A stretch of DNA of 64,000 nucleotides from an uncultured Gammaproteobacteria bacterium (GCA_964588165.1 CAZPMS010000006.1:3425-67424), one strand, 5' to 3'; positions 18,262 to 29,526 are shown, counted from the stretch's first letter. Notes: generated by a model from the letters alone, not told the origin. A program made the numbers and translations.

Positions 18262-19497
18262 TTATTCATGTCTCAAGGCTTCTATAGGATCTAATTTTGC
18301 CGCCTTTTTAGCAGGGAAATAACCGAATATTAAACCAATAGCGCAAGAAACAACAAAACCTACAATAACTGACGAAGGAGTTACAACATAATTCCAACTA
18401 TATCCTAAATAATTAGCCACCATGGCTACAGCTCCAGAAAATATAGAGCCAAATAAAATTCCTGTTATTCCGCCAAGGATTGTAATAATAATAGCCTCTA
18501 TTAAAAACTGGCTTAATAAATTTTGTTTTGTGGCTCCAACAGCTTTTCTTAAGCCTATTTCTTTGGTTCTTTCTGTGACTGAAACATACATTATATTCAT
18601 AATGCCTATCCCGCCAACTAATAACGATATGGCAGCAATAGCTGCTAAGAAAAATTTAAGCGCATCGGTTATCATAGTTAACATTTCCAAAGCTTCTGCC
18701 TGATTCCTGACTTCAAAATCATCCTCTTTAGGATTTTTAATGCTATGCCTGTCTCTTATTACCTGATTAATTGCTTCGGTGGCAATTTCCATATTTTGGC
18801 TGTTATCTATTTTAGCCCTGATTAAACTAACATGGTTTATGCCCAATAAAAGCTTTTGGGCCGTTTTAAGCGGAATAAAAACATGTTCGTCTACACTTTC
18901 AAAAGCTACAGTTCCTCTTTCCTTCATTACTCCAATTACTTCAAAACTTTCCCGCTTAATTTTTATTTTATGCCCTATGGGGTCTTCGTCCTCAAATAAT
19001 TCTTTAGCTGCTTGGAAACCCAAAACCGCCACCCTAGAAATTCCCTTTTCTTCTTGCTCAGAAAAAAAATGGCCGTTTATAACAGCCGTATCTTCTATAT
19101 CTAAATAGCTTGCAGTGGTGCCTACAAAAGTTGTATCTAATTTCTGATTCTGCCAAGAAAGAGTTTCTATTCCCCTAACAAATGAGGTGGCCGCTAAAAC
19201 TTCCGGTACTTGCCTGGCTATAGCCAAGCCATCTTCATATTTTAAAGTTGTAACTGTTATGCCAAAAGCAGCAGCCGGCGGCCCATCATCAGAGGCATTG
19301 CCCGGCATAACGCTTAATAAATTAGAGCCTACTTTTTCTATTTGAGATAATATTAAACTCTGGGCTCCGGCCCCAACAGACATAATAATAATTACCGCCG
19401 AAATGCCAATAATAATCCCTAACATAGTTAGGGCACTTCTGGTTTTATTCGTTTTTAAACCAATAAAAGAAATATTGATTATGCCTCTTAAATTCAT
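18262..19497 (-). CDS. ABC transporter permease, FtsX/MacB-like (paralogue)
   Basis: Same architecture as the neighbouring permease; 411 aa. Confidence 0.75.
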   Translation of the reverse strand: MNLRGIINISFIGLKTNKTRSALTMLGIIIGISAVIIIMSVGAGAQSLILSQIEKVGSNLLSVMPGNASDDGPPAAAFGITVTTLKYEDGLAIARQVPEVLAATSFVRGIETLSWQNQKLDTTFVGTTASYLDIEDTAVINGHFFSEQEEKGISRVAVLGFQAAKELFEDEDPIGHKIKIKRESFEVIGVMKERGTVAFESVDEHVFIPLKTAQKLLLGINHVSLIRAKIDNSQNMEIATEAINQVIRDRHSIKNPKEDDFEVRNQAEALEMLTMITDALKFFLAAIAAISLLVGGIGIMNIMYVSVTERTKEIGLRKAVGATKQNLLSQFLIEAIIITILGGITGILFGSIFSGAVAMVANYLGYSWNYVVTPSSVIVGFVVSCAIGLIFGYFPAKKAAKLDPIEALRHE

Positions 19498-19501
19498 AAT
19501 T

Positions 19502-20221
19502 CTATTTAACTAATTTTCCGTTGGAAGTTGACCTCCTACTGGTAACTTTAGAATCGCTGACAGCTCTGCCGTCTCTTAGTTTAATAATTCTTTCGGCATG
19601 GTTAGCTGTATCTTGCTCATGAGTAACCAAAATAATAGTTTTGCCGCTGGCATTTAACTTTTCTAAAATTTCCATTACCTGGTCACCTGATTTTGAATCT
19701 AAATTACCGGTAGGTTCATCCGCAAAAATAATATCCGGATCATTAACTAAAGCTCTGGCAATGGCCACTCTTTGTTTTTCTCCACCCGAAAGTTGGTTAG
19801 AAAAATGTTCTAACCTATGTTCCAAGCTAACAGCCTTTAAAGCTTTTTTGGCCTTTTCATCACTTACACCTTGGCTACTATAAACTAAAGGCAGTTTTAC
19901 ATTTTCTAAAACCGTAGTTTTAGGCAGTAAAAAAAATGACTGAAATACAAAGCCAACTTCTTTATTTCTAATTTCAGCCAATTTATCTTCATCAAAATCT
20001 TTTGTTTCTTTATCTTTATATAAAAAATTGCCCGAAGAAAGCCGGTCTAAAAAACCAAAAATATGCATTAAAGTGGATTTGCCAGAACCAGAAGGCCCCA
20101 TTATAGCCACAAACTCTCCCATACTAATTTCCAAATCTATGCCATGCAAAACTTTGGTGACCACTTCATCAGTTATAAATTCTTTCTTTAAATCTGTAAC
20201 TTTTATCAATGACTTGCCCAT
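19502..20221 (-). CDS. ABC transporter ATP-binding protein (MacB/LolD-type)
   Basis: Walker A GPSGSGKST, signature LSGGEKQRVAIARAL, Walker B IIFADEPTGNLD. Confidence 0.9.
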   Translation of the reverse strand: MGKSLIKVTDLKKEFITDEVVTKVLHGIDLEISMGEFVAIMGPSGSGKSTLMHIFGFLDRLSSGNFLYKDKETKDFDEDKLAEIRNKEVGFVFQSFFLLPKTTVLENVKLPLVYSSQGVSDEKAKKALKAVSLEHRLEHFSNQLSGGEKQRVAIARALVNDPDIIFADEPTGNLDSKSGDQVMEILEKLNASGKTIILVTHEQDTANHAERIIKLRDGRAVSDSKVTSRRSTSNGKLVK

Positions 20222-20227
20222 AAAATT

Positions 20228-21889
20228 CTATTTACTGCTCTTTATATAGGTAACAACTTCATCTCCCTTATTAAGTCCATTAATTATTTCAATTAAACCG
20301 TCGTCTCCTCTTAAGCCTGTGGCAACATCTTTCTCTATCATCTGGCCGTTTTCCATTGTTCTAACAAAACGCCTGCCATAAGCTTCTATTACTGCTCTGG
20401 CCGGAATATAAATAGCATCTTCACGCTCAGCTGTAGTAACTGATAAATTAGCTGTCATACCCGACTTAACCTCGTCACTAATCTCGTCAAAAATTACTTT
20501 TACCTTATAATATACAACATCGTTAATAATGGTTTCGGCCGGATCAACTAAAGTTATATGTCCAACGAATATTTTTTCTTCGCCAAAAGCATCCAAGGTT
20601 ATTTCTGCCGCGTCGCCTGCCTTTACCTTAGCAATATCTGATTCCGGCACATCAACTTCAATTTCAAAATTACTTTCACCGATTATGGTTAAAACAGGCT
20701 CATTAGAACTTATATATTCACCTATTTCATAATTTATCTTGGTTACAATGCCTTCTAAGGGGCTTTTAATAGTATAATCGACTAAATCAGCAACTGCCTT
20801 TTGCAAACTTGCCTGAGCTTGCCTTAATTTAGCTTCATACAAATCCACATTATAATCTGTTGGGCCGGCCTGTTTTAATTCCAGTTCCGCCTGGGCAACA
20901 GCTAAAGCAGCTTCGGCTTTTTGAATTTCCGCCTGGGCAATTTCTACATTATTATCATATTCCAAAACTCCTGTTTGTAGATCGGATTTAATGCTTTGAA
21001 CGGAAGAGATGTTAGCTGAAACACTGGTTTGGTCAGCTGCTATATTAGTTTTAAATGTATCAATATTTGCCTGGGTTAAACTGCCACTTGGTAAAATATT
21101 AGAAAGTAAATCAAAAGTATCAAAAAGAGCTATACTTGCTTTGGTTAATACTTCATCAGTTTCTGTTAACAAAAATACCAGTTCATCAACTGTGCTATCC
21201 ATTGAATAATTATCAATTATATCTTCTAAAATATTCAGTTCGGCTATTCCGCTGTTATAACTGGCTTTGGCTTTTGTATGAGTTACTGGATGATTGCTAA
21301 ATTGGATAGTATAGGAATTATCATTAATAAAATCATCTATATCTTCTAAAGATTCCTTTGCCACAAAGATTGACTCATTAGCCTCATTAACAGCCTGCTC
21401 TTTTAAGGAAATTATATTCTGGTCTCTTTCACTTATGGCATGGCTTAAGGTGTCCTGTTTAGCGGCTAAATCTGCTTGAGCCTGGCTTACTTTAGCACTA
21501 GCTACAGCTATCTCTTCTGCTGTAGAACCGGCTATAATAGTTGCTAAATCAGCTTCGGCTTGGCTAACCCCGGCCTGGGCATTAGCTACCTGGCTGGCAG
21601 CCTGGCCAGATTGCAGTTCGGCCAGTATTTGACCTTTTTTAACCTTATCTCCTACTTTTAAATAAAGCTTGGCTAAATTACCGCTATTGGTAAAATTAAG
21701 GTTTGTTTCGGTAGCAGATTCAACTTTGCCAGTGGCTGAAACAGTTTGCACTAATAAGCCTTTTTCAGCAAAAGAAGTAACTATTTCTTCTGTATCTGTT
21801 TTGTTTAAATTACTATATATAATGCCTCCTGCAACTATCACAATTATAAAAATTATCCAAAAAACCTTGCTCTTAAATATTTTTTTCAT
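20228..21889 (-). CDS. HlyD/MacA-family periplasmic adaptor subunit
   Basis: N-terminal transmembrane helix, long coiled-coil region, C-terminal beta-barrel; first gene of the efflux operon. Confidence 0.7.
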   Translation of the reverse strand: MKKIFKSKVFWIIFIIVIVAGGIIYSNLNKTDTEEIVTSFAEKGLLVQTVSATGKVESATETNLNFTNSGNLAKLYLKVGDKVKKGQILAELQSGQAASQVANAQAGVSQAEADLATIIAGSTAEEIAVASAKVSQAQADLAAKQDTLSHAISERDQNIISLKEQAVNEANESIFVAKESLEDIDDFINDNSYTIQFSNHPVTHTKAKASYNSGIAELNILEDIIDNYSMDSTVDELVFLLTETDEVLTKASIALFDTFDLLSNILPSGSLTQANIDTFKTNIAADQTSVSANISSVQSIKSDLQTGVLEYDNNVEIAQAEIQKAEAALAVAQAELELKQAGPTDYNVDLYEAKLRQAQASLQKAVADLVDYTIKSPLEGIVTKINYEIGEYISSNEPVLTIIGESNFEIEVDVPESDIAKVKAGDAAEITLDAFGEEKIFVGHITLVDPAETIINDVVYYKVKVIFDEISDEVKSGMTANLSVTTAEREDAIYIPARAVIEAYGRRFVRTMENGQMIEKDVATGLRGDDGLIEIINGLNKGDEVVTYIKSSK

Positions 21890-21924
21890 ATGTTTATTAT
21901 TTTATTATTTACGTTTTAAAAATC

Positions 21925-23049
21925 CTATAGAGTCCAAATGGTATAAATAATGCCTCCAACAAAAATAAGGGAAAGTAAAAAAACTATAAGAGGACTTTTA
22001 GAAAGTTGATACTCTGGTTGGCGCTCTTTTTTATCAGCAACTTTTAAATACATTAAACCAATTAAAATACCTTCTATGCCGCCTCCAATGGCTCCAACAG
22101 TTCCCATCACCTTAACAAAATTATTTAACCCTAGTAAAAAAACAATGAGCGGTATACTAATTGTTAAAAACCAAGCAAGATTCCTATTAAAGTTAAAATC
22201 AAACCGATAGGTATTTTTTAGAGCAAGGCCCAGAGTTAAAAAACTGGTAGCCATAGTAAAAAAAGCAAACAGATTGGCAAAAATTAACATAGGCCTGCCC
22301 ATAACATCGCCCAAACCAATGGTGGCCACTTCTGTTATCCTACTGCCAGCCACGCCCACCACAATAATTGTAAAAACCAAATAAACAATAAAGGGAATAC
22401 TGGTACCTATGATTATGCTTTTTTTCACCAAATTCTCACGACCTTTTAAAACCCGCCTTAGTTGTGGTACAGCTGAAGCACCGCCAATAGAAAAAAAGAT
22501 GACTCCGTAAGGTATTAATAGTTTAGACGCATCAAAAACTGCTAAGTTAGCCCAATTTAAATCTTTAATTCCCCAAAAGGAAATAACCACAACAATAAAA
22601 AGAATGGCTATAGTTAATAAAAATTCAGTTTCCTTAATTATAACTAATCCTAAATAAACCAATAGCGAAGCAAAAGCGAAAAAAATTAAACTGTAAATAA
22701 AAGGATTGCCGCCCGTTAAAGCTGCCAAAACTTTTCCTTCGCCAATTAGATAAGCAAGCATTGCTCCGTAAAAACCAAAAACCACAGAGCCAAACATTAA
22801 ATATTTCCCTATCTTGCCTAAATATTTTTCAGCGTAACCTGTAAGTTGGTGGTGCCTCTCGGTGCTTAAAACAATCTCGCCAAGATGTAAGTTAATCAAA
22901 AGTACAGCTAAAAATATTACCAACATTAAAATTCCCCCGGTAATAAAGCCAGACTGGTAAATTACATAAGGAATTCCTAAAACGCCGGCGCCGATAATAG
23001 TGCCGACCAGAATTGAAATAGCTTCAAAAAATGGTAGTTTCTTTTTCAT
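21925..23049 (-). CDS. amino-acid permease (hydroxy/aromatic amino acid permease (HAAAP) type)
   Basis: 374 aa, about 11 transmembrane helices, N-terminal SILVGTIIGAGVLGIPYV motif. Confidence 0.5.
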   Translation of the reverse strand: MKKKLPFFEAISILVGTIIGAGVLGIPYVIYQSGFITGGILMLVIFLAVLLINLHLGEIVLSTERHHQLTGYAEKYLGKIGKYLMFGSVVFGFYGAMLAYLIGEGKVLAALTGGNPFIYSLIFFAFASLLVYLGLVIIKETEFLLTIAILFIVVVISFWGIKDLNWANLAVFDASKLLIPYGVIFFSIGGASAVPQLRRVLKGRENLVKKSIIIGTSIPFIVYLVFTIIVVGVAGSRITEVATIGLGDVMGRPMLIFANLFAFFTMATSFLTLGLALKNTYRFDFNFNRNLAWFLTISIPLIVFLLGLNNFVKVMGTVGAIGGGIEGILIGLMYLKVADKKERQPEYQLSKSPLIVFLLSLIFVGGIIYTIWTL

Positions 23050-24156
23050 TTACTGTTGCTCCTTTGGTAAATTACCATTTATCTTAGGAAAGATGTCTCC
23101 ATTTATATCACCTTGTTTTTCTTCTGTGGTGATAACTTCTTTTTGATAAATCTGGCCTGCTTCTAATATTGGTATGATTGTCATTTTTAGATTAACGGAA
23201 CTACCCAGTTCCTCCGAAAGCTGGTTGGTTAAACTATCCATCTGTTTGGGGGTTAAATTATTTTTTGCCCTAACCACAATTTCAATAAATAAAACATCAT
23301 CTCTACCGGATAACTTAATATCAGAAATTTCACTTTGGCTGACTCTTAAGTTTATTACCCCTCTGACTATTTTAATTTGTTGGTTGTTTTTTAAAGTATC
23401 GCTGGTGATTATAATAAGCGGAATAATTATTATTATTAAAAATACTACGGACCAAACTACATTATTGCGCCTTCTTTCTAAACTTTCCTCTCCTGAAAGC
23501 GGCTTAAATTTAGCCAATACAAAAAACAAGGCTGCCGAAAGGATCATGGCGATCAAATTAGAAACAAAAAGTAGAAGCGAACCGGCCGCCTGGCCAAGAT
23601 TTTTTTCTGCTAAAGAGAGGCCTACAACGCATAGGGGCGGCACAACGGCAGAAGCAATAACCACACCGGCGATAAAACTGCCCAAACCGGGATAAGAAAT
23701 AACAAAAGCGGCTACAAAACCGGCAGCCAAAGCAATAAACAATTCTAAAATAGTAGGTTGGGTCCTAGAAATAACTTCCATGCCAAATTCATTAAAAGGC
23801 AAAATTAATCCCATTAAATAGGCTACTAAAAGTATGGAAGCTGTAGCCTTAAATAAAGTGAATAGCGACTGCTCGAATAATCTTAAGCTGCCTCTTATCA
23901 TACTAAGGGCCATAGCCAAAATTGGCCAAACCAAAGGTGCCATTAACATGCCGCCGATAATCACAGCGCTGCTATTTAAAATCAGCCCCAAGGTGATTAT
24001 TATTCCGGCAAAAATAGTTAAAGTAAAAAAATCCAAATCTCCTTTGGCACTTTCTTTTATCTGTTCTAATACTTTCACGTGCCTTTCATCAGAAAGCCGG
24101 AAAACATTAAAAATTTTTCTAAAATTTAATTGCATCTTACTTATATAATAACACAA
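23050..24156 (-). CDS. DUF389-like hydrophobic domain membrane protein
   Basis: Multiple transmembrane helices with GGMLMAPLVWPILA motif, then a soluble C-terminal domain. Confidence 0.45.
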   Translation of the reverse strand: MCYYISKMQLNFRKIFNVFRLSDERHVKVLEQIKESAKGDLDFFTLTIFAGIIITLGLILNSSAVIIGGMLMAPLVWPILAMALSMIRGSLRLFEQSLFTLFKATASILLVAYLMGLILPFNEFGMEVISRTQPTILELFIALAAGFVAAFVISYPGLGSFIAGVVIASAVVPPLCVVGLSLAEKNLGQAAGSLLLFVSNLIAMILSAALFFVLAKFKPLSGEESLERRRNNVVWSVVFLIIIIIPLIIITSDTLKNNQQIKIVRGVINLRVSQSEISDIKLSGRDDVLFIEIVVRAKNNLTPKQMDSLTNQLSEELGSSVNLKMTIIPILEAGQIYQKEVITTEEKQGDINGDIFPKINGNLPKEQQ

Positions 24157-24169
24157 TTTATAAGATTAT

Positions 24170-25168
24170 CTAATCTAACCAAATATTGGCCGCAGCCTGC
24201 CAAATATCCACATCTCCTTGCTGTTTAAGCCAATACCACCACTCAACTCCCCATAAATAGATAGGGCTTAAGCCTGTCCTTTTGGAGTAACTTAAATTCT
24301 TACTAAAAATAATAGGATCCATAGAATGTTTTTGTTCTTCCAAGGAAGTTAAAAGTATCTGCCTAGAAACCCAGGGTTCCATTTGCATCTCTGAAATGAA
24401 TATTGAATCTACATCAGTTACAGCCCTTGCTAGTAAGCTTTTTAAATAATAATGAGCAGGAGGCAAGGGATAATAAAAATAACCAAACCATTTATTCCAA
24501 GTTATTCTATAAATACTGGAGCCTACCATATCACCCAAAGAGGAGCCCCTAAGCCAAGTGGAAAGTTCTCCGCTCTCGGTAATTACCACCGGGCGATCAT
24601 CAAGTGATTTAACTAAAGCCACCTCATTTTTATAAAAATCCTTATCCAGCCTAGGACATTCACCAAAAACAGCCAAGTAAGGTTCGTTCTCTACCTGCCA
24701 GGCAATAATAGATTTATAATCTTTAAAATGATTAACTGTTTTTTTAAGCAAGTTTAAAATATGTTCTTGGCGTTCTTCTTCATTGGAGCCAAAAATCCAG
24801 GTTGGCCAATGGCATTCCGGCCACCTGGGAACCCTATTGCCGATAGTTAACAATATTTCGCCTCCCCTTTTTTCCACCTCTTTGATTTGCCATTCCAAAT
24901 TAGAAAAATCATACTTCCCTTTAGCTGATTCAATTTTATCCCAATAAGCAATTAACCTAAATTTTTTAACGCCTAGATCATCCAAGATACTGGTAAATGT
25001 TTTTTGCCAATCAAGCTCTAATTCTTCAGCATACTTTTGGCTAAAAGTAACACCATATTCTATTACCTTGCCTTTACTAAAATCAGCTAAGTAAAGCCAG
25101 ACTATTGAAAATATAATTGCCAAAATAATAAATAAGGAAAAAACTTTTTTATAATAATTTTTAATCAT
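24170..25168 (-). CDS. glycoside hydrolase, GH5-like TIM-barrel
   Basis: WQVENEP (catalytic acid NEP motif) and ITESG (nucleophile) spaced as in GH5; N-terminal transmembrane anchor. Confidence 0.6.
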   Translation of the reverse strand: MIKNYYKKVFSLFIILAIIFSIVWLYLADFSKGKVIEYGVTFSQKYAEELELDWQKTFTSILDDLGVKKFRLIAYWDKIESAKGKYDFSNLEWQIKEVEKRGGEILLTIGNRVPRWPECHWPTWIFGSNEEERQEHILNLLKKTVNHFKDYKSIIAWQVENEPYLAVFGECPRLDKDFYKNEVALVKSLDDRPVVITESGELSTWLRGSSLGDMVGSSIYRITWNKWFGYFYYPLPPAHYYLKSLLARAVTDVDSIFISEMQMEPWVSRQILLTSLEEQKHSMDPIIFSKNLSYSKRTGLSPIYLWGVEWWYWLKQQGDVDIWQAAANIWLD

Positions 25169-25228
25169 AAATTTTAGCTACTAGATACAACCCCAGCCAA
25201 AGGCTGGTGAGCCTACGGCTCATACTCG

Positions 25229-26137
25229 CTAGATTAGAATTAATACGATTCCTACAAACAAAACAGAGCTCCAAAGCAATTTTTGGAAAATAAATTTCTT
25301 TTTAATACTTTCTTTTAATACTTTGGGATAAAATTTTGACATCAAGTAAACCAAAAAGATTATAAAGAAAAACTGTATTCCATTTAAAGCCGATACTAAA
25401 ATTACATTGCCTAATTTAATAGCAACCTGCTGCAGAATTACTCCCAAGCTTCCAGCCAACTGGCCCAATAAAAAAGGCGCCCAAGGCTGCTTCTTTTTTT
25501 TAAACAGCTTTTTTTTCTTTCTTATTAAAACTTTAGACCATTTATTAAATAATGCCACAAACAAAACAGCGGCCATCACTGTAAACCATCTCATCCAAAC
25601 AAAAGCAGTAATAAAGGAGAGGTTATCATAGGCGATTTTACCAAAAACGTTAGAAGCACCCAACATTAAACTGGATACTATTACAAAAAGCCAGGTTTTT
25701 TTGTCCAGGTGGGTTTTTTTAAGCCCTACCTGTGAAAGCAAATAACTTCCGGCTACAATTAGCAGGGCACCAGCAACTCTTTTAACAGAAACAAGCTCTA
25801 TTTCTAAAAACCAAGAAAGAGCAAAAACTACAATTGGTATGAAACTTACTACAATAGGGTTGGATTTAGAAACTTCTGACCTGGCTATTGCTAAAAACAG
25901 ATAATAAAGTCCAAAAAATAATGAGCAGCCACCCGCCAATAGCACAGCTAACCAGCCGACGGGAAGATAAAAACCTTTTTCAAAAAAAATAAAAAAACTG
26001 CTGAGAACTCCTCCCAGCAATGATATGTAAAAAGCGAAAGAAACCGGCACTATCTTAGTTTTAGAAAGTAAATATTTATCAACCACAGCAGCTACCGCCA
26101 GAAGAAAAAAAGCAATTATGGATAAAATAAACCACAT
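25229..26137 (-). CDS. EamA/DMT-family membrane transporter-like protein
   Basis: 302 aa, about 10 transmembrane helices in two similar halves. Confidence 0.45.
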   Translation of the reverse strand: MWFILSIIAFFLLAVAAVVDKYLLSKTKIVPVSFAFYISLLGGVLSSFFIFFEKGFYLPVGWLAVLLAGGCSLFFGLYYLFLAIARSEVSKSNPIVVSFIPIVVFALSWFLEIELVSVKRVAGALLIVAGSYLLSQVGLKKTHLDKKTWLFVIVSSLMLGASNVFGKIAYDNLSFITAFVWMRWFTVMAAVLFVALFNKWSKVLIRKKKKLFKKKKQPWAPFLLGQLAGSLGVILQQVAIKLGNVILVSALNGIQFFFIIFLVYLMSKFYPKVLKESIKKKFIFQKLLWSSVLFVGIVLILI

Positions 26138-26139
26138 AT

Positions 26140-27492
26140 TTAATACTGTGAAATAGTTTCTAGTTTTTTAGCTTTGCCAATTTGCTTAGCCAATATTTTT
26201 TCTATATTATAGGTTCCCATTTTAGGGGCTTCTAAAAATCCTTGCGCGGCAGCCTCAGCCAGCCAGCCACTCCTAATGGCATCATCCAGCCATTCACTTG
26301 CATACCTTGGATCTTCTTGTTTTATGCCGGCGCCCAAATTAATCAGCCATCTTTGGTTAAATTCCTCTTGGGAGCCGATCGGCGGGGCAATTATAATTGG
26401 CAAACCAAGAGCGCAGTAAAAAGAAAGTTCCGAAGGCTTTGTCCATAAAATATCGGTTTTGGAAAGCAGGCTATTAAACTTTTTAAAATATTCTTCTTTT
26501 TCTCTTTCATAAAGGATGTTCACCCATTTGCCTAATTCATTAGATAATCCATTTTTTTTGATTGCCTGTTTAAAAAATTTATTTACCAAAGGGTGGATAC
26601 CGGCTATAAGATTCATTTTTAACTCATGATTTTTAATTTTACCAGCCAGCCGTTTAATTATTTCGGCTCCCAGTTCCCTTTGTGCCCCAGCTCCGCCAAC
26701 TGCAAAAGTTATAGTTAAAGGATGATTGCATTTTTTAGGAAAATTCTTTACCTTAAGTGTTTTTAATAAAGTATCTCGGTATTTATTGAGATAGTTTTTA
26801 TTGGGATCCAAATTTAATAATCGATGTTTTAGATCATCTCTAACCTTTTTAAAACTTGGCGCGCCAAGGTTAGCATCCGGCAAAGGAAAGCCGGTTAAAA
26901 AAATCCTTGATTTATCTACGCCATAAAGCTGCAGCCTATCGTAAACCCTAACATTTGGCACAAAATATTTTATCTTGCTCTTACTGGGCTCTGCCGAAAC
27001 CCAGGCCCGGCTGATATCTGCATCGCAGATTATGCAAAAAATGTCTCCAGGGTATTTGTGGACCTCCGCCATAATAGCTGTAGCAAAAAAAGAAGTTACA
27101 TATGGCAAATCAGATCTTTGGGAAACTTTTTCAATTAAATGCTTGCCCCATTTCTTATCTTTAATTACTCGAGTAGCCGAAAGTGTCTGGATTGAAGGCT
27201 TGGAAAGATCTCGCCTAGGATAAAAATTAGGAATTTCCTGAATTTTATTCATAATGCTAAAAAGTAGGTCCCCAAAAAAAGGTACTTTTTTAAAACGCGA
27301 GACAAATTCATAAAACTTTCTCTGGTTTAGCCAGATTTTCCTATCATATCTGGGAATGCCATTATAACTATTGGCATTAATAGTCCCCTGGTAAGCTTTT
27401 TTTCTTAACGGATGAGTAGCCCTTTGATGGCCATAGCCCATATCCACTGTAACCAGCCAATATTTTAATTTTTTTTTCTTTTTTAGAGGCAT
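26140..27492 (-). CDS. GT-B fold glycosyltransferase (MurG/MGDG-synthase-like)
   Basis: N-terminal VTVDMGYGHQRA Gly-rich loop and C-terminal GLPIIIAPPIGSQEEFNQ motif typical of the GT28 family. Confidence 0.5.
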   Translation of the reverse strand: MPLKKKKKLKYWLVTVDMGYGHQRATHPLRKKAYQGTINANSYNGIPRYDRKIWLNQRKFYEFVSRFKKVPFFGDLLFSIMNKIQEIPNFYPRRDLSKPSIQTLSATRVIKDKKWGKHLIEKVSQRSDLPYVTSFFATAIMAEVHKYPGDIFCIICDADISRAWVSAEPSKSKIKYFVPNVRVYDRLQLYGVDKSRIFLTGFPLPDANLGAPSFKKVRDDLKHRLLNLDPNKNYLNKYRDTLLKTLKVKNFPKKCNHPLTITFAVGGAGAQRELGAEIIKRLAGKIKNHELKMNLIAGIHPLVNKFFKQAIKKNGLSNELGKWVNILYEREKEEYFKKFNSLLSKTDILWTKPSELSFYCALGLPIIIAPPIGSQEEFNQRWLINLGAGIKQEDPRYASEWLDDAIRSGWLAEAAAQGFLEAPKMGTYNIEKILAKQIGKAKKLETISQY

Positions 27493-27563
27493 TTTTTAAA
27501 CAAAAATTATGAGAATATTTCTTCCCTTTGTTATCTTTAATTATAACATTTTTTTGCTATTCT

Positions 27564-28952
27564 TTAAAATAATTTATCCCACAAAGTTATGAAGGAAAAT
27601 AAGCCAAAAAATAGAAAGGCTATTAGAAGTATTATCTTACGATATAATTTTGGATGAAAAACTTTAGGCAGAGTTTTAAAATTCATGATATTTACTAAAG
27701 CAATGTGGATAAACATGGCGAAGGCATTAATAACTGCTCCCAAAACAATTAGCATTTTGGGTTCATAAATATTAAAAAGAAAAAGAATAATGCCAAAAGC
27801 AATTTGTGACCATAAAAAAAGATAATAGATCTTGGAAAGATTTATTTTTACCTGTTGAGTATGGTCTGATCTTTCTAAAGCGAAATTTTCAGCCATTACT
27901 CTAGAGGTTGAATCCATTATTCCTAATTGTGTTTGAAAAAGCATAACCGAAACCATTAGCAAAAATAAAACACCAACTATTGGAACTAAACTTTTACCGA
28001 TAGCTAAACCTTCATTTATAACAAAGTTAATTCCAGTAGCATTAGATTCCAGGCCAAAAGTGGTGGTATATGAGAGAATCATTAATAAACACATGGCCAC
28101 AAAACCAACTAGCCAAAATACTAACAGATGTTCGGTATTAATCCTTTTCCACCAAATTTTAAACCGGCTGATGTTTTCTTCATTCAATTCAAATTTTTCT
28201 CCGGTAAGTTTTATCTGATTTTCTTTCTTGCTCTTAAACAGGCCTGATATTTTTTGTGAATACTTGCCCATGCCATAGCCTTTTTCCTTAATATAAATTG
28301 ACTGGGTAAGGTTTAAATTGCCTCCGGCTCCAGAATAAGCAAAGGCGCCAAAAAATGTGCCGATAGCTATGCCCAAGGGCAAAAATTGATAACCCTGCCC
28401 TATGCCTATAATCCCCCGCCCCAGTTCTACCCAATCAGCATTTTTGCTAAGCATTACCGCTAAGACTAAAATAAAAGGCACGCCAATAAAGATTATAGTT
28501 TTGGTAACCCTTTCCATAACTCCATAAACTGTTTTTCCCAAACTTAGAATTAAGCCTACTACTATTAAAAGTAAGATGGCAATCCATTTAAAATTTTCTA
28601 TGCCAATAACAAAAGCAAAAACCTTGGCCGATGCCGCTACAATTCCTGGCAGGCCAAAACCAACAAAGGTTGAAAAAATAAACCAATAAGGCGCCAGTTT
28701 AAATATTTTATTTAATCCAACAAAAACGCTTTCTCCTTTTATTAAGGCGTAGCGCTCAATTTCCATATTAATAAAAAACTGGAAAGTAATTCCCAACAGC
28801 GCTCCCCAAACAAGCCCTAAGCCGTAATTTGAAGCCAAGTAAGGCCATAATATAACCTCTCCCGAGCCCAAACCAAGGGCTAAAATAATAAAGCTCGGTC
28901 CTATGAGCTTTCTTAATCTGACTGGTTTAGGAAATTCTTTTGTTTGCTTCAT
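27564..28952 (-). CDS. polytopic membrane transporter, family unclear
   Basis: About 11 transmembrane helices. Start assigned to the internal MKQTKEF to avoid overlap with the upstream AMMECR1 gene. Alternative start at 29045. Confidence 0.5.
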   Translation of the reverse strand: MKQTKEFPKPVRLRKLIGPSFIILALGLGSGEVILWPYLASNYGLGLVWGALLGITFQFFINMEIERYALIKGESVFVGLNKIFKLAPYWFIFSTFVGFGLPGIVAASAKVFAFVIGIENFKWIAILLLIVVGLILSLGKTVYGVMERVTKTIIFIGVPFILVLAVMLSKNADWVELGRGIIGIGQGYQFLPLGIAIGTFFGAFAYSGAGGNLNLTQSIYIKEKGYGMGKYSQKISGLFKSKKENQIKLTGEKFELNEENISRFKIWWKRINTEHLLVFWLVGFVAMCLLMILSYTTTFGLESNATGINFVINEGLAIGKSLVPIVGVLFLLMVSVMLFQTQLGIMDSTSRVMAENFALERSDHTQQVKINLSKIYYLFLWSQIAFGIILFLFNIYEPKMLIVLGAVINAFAMFIHIALVNIMNFKTLPKVFHPKLYRKIILLIAFLFFGLFSFITLWDKLF

Positions 28953-28965
28953 CGCTATTATTATA

Positions 28966-29526
28966 TCACTTTTTATGACTTTCCCTAAAGACTTCCGCTT
29001 GATAAGTATAAATTTTAATTTTATCCGACTGCCAGCAATCAGCATACCAGCCTCCTTTTAAACACAGGCTGGACAAAAATTCATCTGTTGAGGAAAATCC
29101 ATGCCAAACCTGGGGTAAATAGGTTGACCCCTTGTTTCCTTGTTTTAATATTACTCCATCAATACCCGGCCTAAGCTTACTGACATCTTTAAGCCCTTGC
29201 GGAGCAGATAAAATTGATATTTCAACAATAATATTACCAAGCTCATTTAAAGACAATGGCAAAAACCTATCATCATAAAATCCGGCAGCCACGGCATTTT
29301 CTATAACACCCTGATAAAGTGGCTTAATAGGTTCGATATAACCAACACAGCCCCTTAGCTTGCCTTCTTTTTCTAAAGTGACAAAAACGCCCCTTTTTTC
29401 TTTAAGAGGCTCTGTAACTTCTGATTCATTAACTGACAGTTGTTGGCCGGTTTTAAAATAATACTCAATGGACTTACGGGCCAGTTTAAAAAGTAAAGTT
29501 ATGTTATTTTTATCAATCAATTCCAT
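28966..29526 (-). CDS. AMMECR1-domain protein
   Basis: 186 aa with an LRGCVGY motif. Confidence 0.7.
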   Translation of the reverse strand: MELIDKNNITLLFKLARKSIEYYFKTGQQLSVNESEVTEPLKEKRGVFVTLEKEGKLRGCVGYIEPIKPLYQGVIENAVAAGFYDDRFLPLSLNELGNIIVEISILSAPQGLKDVSKLRPGIDGVILKQGNKGSTYLPQVWHGFSSTDEFLSSLCLKGGWYADCWQSDKIKIYTYQAEVFRESHKK